In this document: positions 17,428-23,130 of the stretch, piece after piece
Position numbering within the stretch: the stretch's first letter is position 1
Layout of the letters: each line of letters opens with the position of its first letter
Assembly (NCBI GenBank): GCA_040752415.1
Contig: JBFMGU010000169.1
Span: 1 to 23,130, forward strand
Direction of reading: 5' to 3'
Source: Myxococcota bacterium
Lineage (GTDB): Bacteria; Myxococcota; JACRCW01
DNA: 23,130 bases
Made by a program: the position numbers and the translations under genes
The notes under the pieces: model-generated
Told to the model about the DNA's origin: nothing
Seen by the model: only the letters and a program-made list of their open reading frames with translations
Databases searched by the model: none

Positions 17428-18161
17428 GCAACTCCGCGCTGTTGCTGTTCATCACCCTGGTCCTGGTCGCCGTCATGTGGCTCCTGGCATTGCGGAGGAT
17501 CGTCGTTGTGGATGGGGCGAACAAGGGCCTGGCCATCTCCGGCGCGCTCACCATGGTGGCCCTCTTCGTCGTGGATTCCGCGTTGGGAATGAGCGGTGTG
17601 CTCGGCCGCTTCGAGCGGGTCCCGCCGAATGTCGCGTTCTTCATGTTCGCGCACTTCGCGTTGGCGGCGGGGATTGCATTCTCCCGCCTGGGCACGACGC
17701 TGATGCAGGCCCTGTCCTACCGCGCCCTCGTGGGGTTCCAGGCCTTCCGCATCCCCACCGAGGTCATGATCGCGCTGGGCGTGGCGGAGGGAATTGCGCC
17801 GCCGCAGCTCTCCTTCCATGGCTACAACATGGACCTGGTGCCCGCGGTGCTGGCGGCGCTGCTGTTCCTCTCCGGTCGGGAGAACCGGAAACTGGTCCTG
17901 GCGTGGAACGGGCTGGGCTGGATCACGTTGGGGAACATCTTCTTCATCGCCATGACGTCGTTCCCGGTGCCGTTCCGCGTGTTCATGAATGAGCCGACCA
18001 ACATCTGGGTCACGCGCTTTCCCTACGTGCTGCTGCCGGGAGTCCTGGTGACCTCCGCCGTCACCGGTCATCTCCTGGTGACCCGTAAGCTCCGTGCCGA
18101 AACGCGCGCTCCGGTGACACCGCACGCCCTCCCGTCGTCCGCGGCCCGCCAACCGTCGTGA
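17424..18161 (+). CDS. Multi-pass membrane protein coupled to TetR
   Basis: ATGA overlap; about 7 hydrophobic segments; LVGFQAFRIPTE, GYNMD, WNGLG, FPYVLLP. Confidence 0.8.
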   Translation: MSNSALLLFITLVLVAVMWLLALRRIVVVDGANKGLAISGALTMVALFVVDSALGMSGVLGRFERVPPNVAFFMFAHFALAAGIAFSRLGTTLMQALSYRALVGFQAFRIPTEVMIALGVAEGIAPPQLSFHGYNMDLVPAVLAALLFLSGRENRKLVLAWNGLGWITLGNIFFIAMTSFPVPFRVFMNEPTNIWVTRFPYVLLPGVLVTSAVTGHLLVTRKLRAETRAPVTPHALPSSAARQPS

Positions 18162-18417
18162 CGGCGTAGAAGGCCCCGCACGAACGCCAAGCGCCACGCG
18201 GTGAGGCTGGCCCCGGGTGCAGCGCTCATACAGACCGACCCGCGCCATGACCTGATCCGGATCGCCGCCCAACAAAATTGGAAGGACCCGCTTTGGTCCA
18301 TCGACCTCTCACGGAACGCAGTGAGGTCGCCCCGGCTTGTTCGCAAGCGTGGACCCCGGTCCAACCGGCGCGAAGGGAGTGTCATTCATGGGAATCCCTG
18401 GCCGCAGGAACGCCAAG

Positions 18418-19197
18418 ATGGTGGAAGCGCACCGGCACGGACTCACGCGGGAGTTGGACGCGCGAATGCGACGGGCCGCAATGGATCGTCGTGAGATGCT
18501 GAAGGCGCTCATGAGCCTGAGCACGGTGCCGCTCCTGGGCAGCGTGGGGTGCGGAACGGCCGCGGACGCTTGCGTCACCATTCCGGAGGAGACGGCGGGG
18601 CCGTACCCCGGCGACGGTTCCAACGGAAAGAACGCGCTGACGGCCTCCGGCGTCGTCCGTTCCGACATCCGCGGCAGCTTTGGATCCGCCACCGGAAACG
18701 CGGAAGGGGTCCCGCTCCGGATTCAGCTCCAGCTCGTCAACAGCAGCGCCATGTGTGCCCCGCTTGCGGGACTTGCCATCTACCTCTGGCACTGCGACCG
18801 CGACGGCGAGTACTCCCTCTACACCGTTGCGGATGAGAACTACCTGCGAGGCGTGCAGGAGACGGACGCCGACGGCAACGTCACGTTCACGTCGATCTTT
18901 CCAGGCTGCTACTCCGGCAGGTGGCCGCACATCCACTTCGAGGTCTACCGGAACCTGGCCGACACCAGCTCGTACCGGAACAAGATCGCCACGTCACAAC
19001 TCGCCCTGCCGGAGTCCGCATGTCTGGAGGCGTATTCGGCGGACGGGTACGACTCCAGCGCGCGCAACCTGGGCATGACCACGCGCGCCACCGACAACGT
19101 CTTCGCCGGCGACGCTGGAAGCCAGCAGCTGGCCACGGTGAGCGGAAGCAAGACGGACGGATTCGTGGCGTCGTTGGTTGTCCCGGTGGAGGCGTGA
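18418..19197 (+). CDS. Intradiol ring-cleavage dioxygenase-like protein, putative Tat lipoprotein
   Basis: IPEETAGPYP, VVRSDIR, WHCDRDGEYS, YLRGVQ, FPGCYSGRWPHIHFEV; DRREMLK + SVGC; start uncertain. Confidence 0.85.
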   Translation: MVEAHRHGLTRELDARMRRAAMDRREMLKALMSLSTVPLLGSVGCGTAADACVTIPEETAGPYPGDGSNGKNALTASGVVRSDIRGSFGSATGNAEGVPLRIQLQLVNSSAMCAPLAGLAIYLWHCDRDGEYSLYTVADENYLRGVQETDADGNVTFTSIFPGCYSGRWPHIHFEVYRNLADTSSYRNKIATSQLALPESACLEAYSADGYDSSARNLGMTTRATDNVFAGDAGSQQLATVSGSKTDGFVASLVVPVEA

Positions 19198-19276
19198 GCT
19201 TCTCCCCACGGCGAGCCAGTGCGTCGTCGTGAACACGTTCACACAATTCATCCCTGCGGATGATCGGAGGTATTCC

Positions 19277-20527
19277 ATGAGCATAGAGTCGCGGTGGAAC
19301 CCAGAGGAGCGCAGCCTTCTCCTCGCGGGTGTGGTTGGCCTTGGGATGGTGGTGCATTTCGCCTGCAGCGGAGACGGAACCACTTCCAACGCCAGCACCG
19401 CCGGCAACACATCTTCGAGCAGCAGCAGCACGTCTTCGAGCAGCAGCAGCTCATCGACGGGTGGCACCACGTCGAGCAGCGGCGCGTCAGGTTCGGGTGG
19501 CACCGCCGATTGCACGAATTCCGCCACCACCTTCGACAACACCGCCGCCGTGGTGGGTGCGGCCAACGCGCTCCTGGCCGCCTTGACCGAGGAGCAACGG
19601 ACCGCCATCCAGTACGAGACGACCCTGGCCAATGCCCAGCAATGGTCCAACTTTCCAATCACGTTTGTTCAGCGCAACGGCGTGCGCATTGGCGATATGA
19701 GCGCGGAAGCGCAAACCGCCGCGCAGGCGCTGGTGGACGTTGCGGCAGGGGCCACGGGTTCCACACTGTTGACGGAAGCGCGAGAAGCGGATGAGTGGCT
19801 GGTCACCGACGGCAACGCCTCCTCCACGGACTACGGCCGCGGTCTCTACTACTTCTCCATCCACGGGACGCCGTCGACAACTTCCGCGTGGATGCTGCAG
19901 ATCGCCGGCCACCACCTTGCGTACAACTTCACGTACAACGGGCGCTGCACCAGCGCGACCCCGCTCTTTGACGGCGTGGAGCCCACCACATGGACCGACG
20001 GCAATGGTCAGTCGCACGCTCCACTGGAGGCGCAGCGCGCTGCCGGCGTGGCGCTCCTGGCGTCGGTGGGGACCGCGGCACAGCTCACCGGTACATTCAG
20101 CGACCTGGTGAACGGCCCCGCGGGAGGCGGTCCGGGCGGCGGCGGCGGCGGGGACACGAAGTATCCGTCCTCGCTCGTCTATCCCTCCGGGACCACCGGG
20201 AGAGGCGTGGCCGTATCGACGCTCTCCGCCGACCAGAAGGAGCTGGTGAAGACGGCCATGGCGGCGTGGGTGAACAACGTGGCGGACCCCGTCGCGGCCG
20301 CGCTGCTCGCGGATTACCAGAGCGACGAAGCACTCAATGAAACCTACGTGGGCTATTCCGGCTCCGCGGACCTGACGACGCAGAGCTCATACTTCCGCAT
20401 TGATGGGCCGCGCGTGTGGATTGAGTTCAGCGTGCAGGGCGGCATCGTCTACCGGGACCGCGTGCACTACCACACCATCTGGCGCGACAAGGCGAGCGAC
20501 TACGGCGCGGAGTACGTGTCGCAGTGA
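19277..20527 (+). CDS. DUF3500-type protein, putative lipoprotein with Ser/Thr linker
   Basis: GGAGG RBS; FAC lipobox; QWSNFP, RNGVRIG, GHHLAYN, ATPLF.GVEP, YFRIDGPRVWIEF, HYHTIWRD..DYG. Confidence 0.8.
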   Translation: MSIESRWNPEERSLLLAGVVGLGMVVHFACSGDGTTSNASTAGNTSSSSSSTSSSSSSSSTGGTTSSSGASGSGGTADCTNSATTFDNTAAVVGAANALLAALTEEQRTAIQYETTLANAQQWSNFPITFVQRNGVRIGDMSAEAQTAAQALVDVAAGATGSTLLTEAREADEWLVTDGNASSTDYGRGLYYFSIHGTPSTTSAWMLQIAGHHLAYNFTYNGRCTSATPLFDGVEPTTWTDGNGQSHAPLEAQRAAGVALLASVGTAAQLTGTFSDLVNGPAGGGPGGGGGGDTKYPSSLVYPSGTTGRGVAVSTLSADQKELVKTAMAAWVNNVADPVAAALLADYQSDEALNETYVGYSGSADLTTQSSYFRIDGPRVWIEFSVQGGIVYRDRVHYHTIWRDKASDYGAEYVSQ

Positions 20528-21876
20528 GACGCCTCCTGTGCGCCGCGTGTCTCCCGGTGGTCGCCACGCTGGTGGTTGGCGGCGAGGCGCGCGCGCATCC
20601 CACGCCGGGCTCGGTGGTGTTCGTCGACTTCACGGTGGACGGTGCCCGCGTGGAGCAGGACGTGCCCGTGGAGGAGCTCGAGAGGGCGCTTCGTCGTCCG
20701 TTGGCGGAGGAGCATGAATCCGCGCAGCACATGGTCCAGCGGCACCGCGAGCTGCTTCGTGGCTATGCGGCGGAGCACCTGCGTGCATCCTCGTTGGCGG
20801 GCGGAAGGACCTGGGACTGCGAGGTCGTTGACGTGGTGGGTCACGACGCGGAGGACGGGCCACGCGCTCTCTTCCGCATCGCACTGCGCGCGCCCGACGG
20901 TGACGCCATGGCGTCGCTCAGGCTTGCCGACGACATCGTGGCGCACGAGGTGGTGTCCCATCACATCCAGGTGTACGTGCGGTCGGACTGGTCGACGGGG
21001 CAGGTCACGGGTCCGGTGCAGCTGGTGGGCACGGTGCATGCGGGTCGCAAGGACGTGACCGTGACGAGGTCCGGGAGCCTCTGGCGCGCCTTCGGGGGGA
21101 CGGTCTCCCTCGGTGCGGAGCACATCAGGACAGGGACCGACCACGTGCTCTTCCTGTTCGCGCTGGTACTGGTGGCGCCGGTGGCGGCGTCGGCGAGGCG
21201 TTGGCGGGGACGTCGGCGGACCCGTGACGCGCTCATGGCCCTTTGCCGGGTGGTGTCGGCGTTCACGGTCGGGCATTCCGCGACGCTGGCGCTCGGCGCG
21301 CTGGGTGTGACCGTGCTGCCATCGGTTCTCGTCGAGGCGTGCGTTGCGGGCACGATCCTCATTTCCGCGGCCCATGCGCTTCGTCCCATCTTCCCCCGTC
21401 GGGAAGCGTTCCTGGCCGGTGCGTTCGGGCTCATCCACGGGCTCGCCTTTGCCAGCGCGATTTCGGAGCGGGACCTGGGATGGGCGCAGACCGTGTGGAC
21501 CCTGCTGGGATTCAACGTGGGGATCGAGCTCGCCCAACTCGGCCTCCTGGCGCTGGCGACGCCGTGGCTGCTGCTGCTTGCGCGCACGCGGGCGTATGAC
21601 GGTTTTCGCATCGTGGGTGCGGCAGCCACCATGGTCCTCAGCGTAGGCTGGTTGATCGAGCGAACGACGTCGTTGTCCAATCCCACCGCTCCGGCCGTGG
21701 CGTGGTTGGAGGACAATCCGGTGATGCTGCTCGTTGCGGTGGCGGCGTACACGCTGCTGGCCCTCGCCGCGGAGCGCTGGAACGGCGGGCTTTCCCCGCC
21801 GCGCCACGTCACCTCTGTCGTCGCGACATTCCGGGATGTCCCAGCGCCCGACGGGGAGCAAGACGCGGCGCGGTGA
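20524..21876 (+). CDS. HupE/UreJ-family membrane protein with N-terminal exported domain
   Basis: GTGA overlap; ARA-HP signal; LGAEHI.TGTDHVLFL, AFTVGHSATL, FGLIHGLAFA, LLGFNVGIELAQL. Confidence 0.88.
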   Translation: MRRLLCAACLPVVATLVVGGEARAHPTPGSVVFVDFTVDGARVEQDVPVEELERALRRPLAEEHESAQHMVQRHRELLRGYAAEHLRASSLAGGRTWDCEVVDVVGHDAEDGPRALFRIALRAPDGDAMASLRLADDIVAHEVVSHHIQVYVRSDWSTGQVTGPVQLVGTVHAGRKDVTVTRSGSLWRAFGGTVSLGAEHIRTGTDHVLFLFALVLVAPVAASARRWRGRRRTRDALMALCRVVSAFTVGHSATLALGALGVTVLPSVLVEACVAGTILISAAHALRPIFPRREAFLAGAFGLIHGLAFASAISERDLGWAQTVWTLLGFNVGIELAQLGLLALATPWLLLLARTRAYDGFRIVGAAATMVLSVGWLIERTTSLSNPTAPAVAWLEDNPVMLLVAVAAYTLLALAAERWNGGLSPPRHVTSVVATFRDVPAPDGEQDAAR

Positions 21877-22720
21877 TTCCCGCGGCGGCAATCAAGAGCA
21901 ACACGCGACCGCGATGGCCGGCGTAGGGCGCGAGCAGCTCCAGCATCCGCGTGTCGTCGCCACGAGGCTCCCCGGTGAAGGCGTAACTCACCACGTTCTT
22001 CCAATTGGCATCACCCACCGGAACCGCGTCCGCGTCGCCCAACGCCGTCAGTGCCACCTCCGCGGCGGTCCACGGGCCCACGCCGTCGAGCAGCTGCAGC
22101 TTCTGGCTTGCTTCGGGGTTGGGCAGGTCCACCACACTGTCGACGAACTTCGCGCGCAGGGCGAGGTTGTGGAGTGACGCCGCGCGCTTGCGTTCGATTC
22201 CCAGGGGCACCATGTCGTAGGTGGGAATCCTGCCCAGGACTTCCGGCAGCGGCGGAACAAAGAGCCCCTCCGGACCCGGTGCGGGAACGCCGTAGCGACG
22301 GACAATCTGCTGATGACTCCGGGCGGCTTCCTGCCCTTGCACCCGCTGCTCGATCACCGCGCGGAGTAGCGCTTCATAGACGTTGCGGGTCCTGGGAACT
22401 CGCAGGCCCGCGTGACGCCGGTGGATGTCCTTCAGCTTTCCGGTGGGCTCAAAGCCTTCCAGGGAATCACGGCTCCCCAGCAGCTCGGGTGCGTGCGCCA
22501 ACACCCACTCCGCACCCGCGCCCCAGGCCTCCACCGCAATGTGTTCTCCGTCGTGGCGGTAGGAGGCGGTGGCGGGGCCATGGGGAGTCATGCAAGCGCG
22601 CCAGAGCACCCCGTTGCGCACGCGCACGCAGGGGTCATAGGCGCCGCGTATCAACGTGGACGCGGTGAGCTCCACGTTGGTGGGGAGCGCGGGAACAAAG
22701 CGCGTGGAGGCGTCCGGCAT
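21809..22720 (-). CDS. AlkA-like DNA-3-methyladenine glycosylase (HhH-GPD)
   Basis: YEALLRAVIEQRV, LDGVGPWTAAEV (HhH), LGDADAVPVGD, LAPYAGHRGRV. Confidence 0.88.
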   Translation of the reverse strand: MPDASTRFVPALPTNVELTASTLIRGAYDPCVRVRNGVLWRACMTPHGPATASYRHDGEHIAVEAWGAGAEWVLAHAPELLGSRDSLEGFEPTGKLKDIHRRHAGLRVPRTRNVYEALLRAVIEQRVQGQEAARSHQQIVRRYGVPAPGPEGLFVPPLPEVLGRIPTYDMVPLGIERKRAASLHNLALRAKFVDSVVDLPNPEASQKLQLLDGVGPWTAAEVALTALGDADAVPVGDANWKNVVSYAFTGEPRGDDTRMLELLAPYAGHRGRVLLLIAAAGITAPRLAPRRALGHPGMSRRQR

Positions 22721-22829
22721 GGGAGATGGAGAATGCACCGGTGGAGGGACCGAGCGCCACGGGGTCTGCCGCCGGGGCCGCCGTGACGTCCGGAGGACTT
22801 ACCGAGCCTGTTGCAGCGTGTCCGCTCCG

Positions 22830-22949
22830 GTTGACCGTGACGCCCGGCGAAGGACGACGACGTGATCCCGTGGCCATTGCCGGCACCGAACGGTTCGCGC
22901 TGACGGGACTCCCGCCAATGAGATTGGGTGCGGCTCTTTGAGACGACGC
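22830..22949 (-). repeat. Dispersed intergenic repeat, copy C (inverted, internally shorter)
   Basis: 22830..22872 aligns to the reverse complement of the A/B right ends; 22911..22949 aligns to 14860..14899 (3 substitutions, 1 indel). Confidence 0.8.
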
Positions 22950-23130
22950 TTGGCCGCAGGCGCAAGCAGATCCGCAGGTGGCCGGCAATGGTCAGCCCCG
23001 GATCCGCGCCGTCATGACGACGGAAAACGGCACGCGATGCGACCGGACCGACCGATTCAGCGCGCTGGAGAACCGGCCTGCAATGTAGGGGCTGCCCGTT
23101 GCCGGTAACGCGTGAACGGTGAAGGTGGCC

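Noticed and set aside
19411..19452. 21-bp tandem repeat
   Set aside because: Encodes the Ser/Thr linker of the DUF3500 lipoprotein
8957..21891. Long antisense ORFs (8957..10456, 12387..13637, 15131..16351, 20500..21891 and others)
   Set aside because: Shadow frames of real high-GC genes, with no recognisable motifs

Overview
High-GC bacterial window, probably Myxococcota-like (MYXO-CTERM-type tail, Cys-rich lipoproteins, myxobacterial-type IS91-like transposase); this taxonomy is inferred. The first ~7.6 kb is decayed mobile DNA: the right end of an ISAs1 element, an IS91/ISCR-like HUH transposase split into a 5' and a 3' copy sharing a 507-bp direct repeat (5 substitutions) around a 3.0-kb cargo (SDR + HxlR, a third IS91-like remnant, a truncated BNR propeller), a lower-GC lipoprotein pair and an IS66 fragment. 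The rest is ordinary gene content: EVE, scramblase/LURP, MYXO-CTERM protein, Cys-rich lipoprotein, short ThrRS, DODA-type dioxygenase, Thg1-like protein, M14 peptidase, lipoprotein, TetR + membrane protein, an intradiol-dioxygenase-like/DUF3500/HupE-UreJ cluster, and an AlkA-like glycosylase. Best observations: an unannotated, apparently leaderless 25-aa Thr8 leader peptide with attenuator ahead of an editing-less thrS; the split-transposase architecture; an intergenic repeat family with three copies; a REPIN-like 41-bp inverted repeat; Tat-like signals on two dioxygenases; and repeated leaderless promoter geometry. All family calls come from reading motifs by eye; no database search was run.
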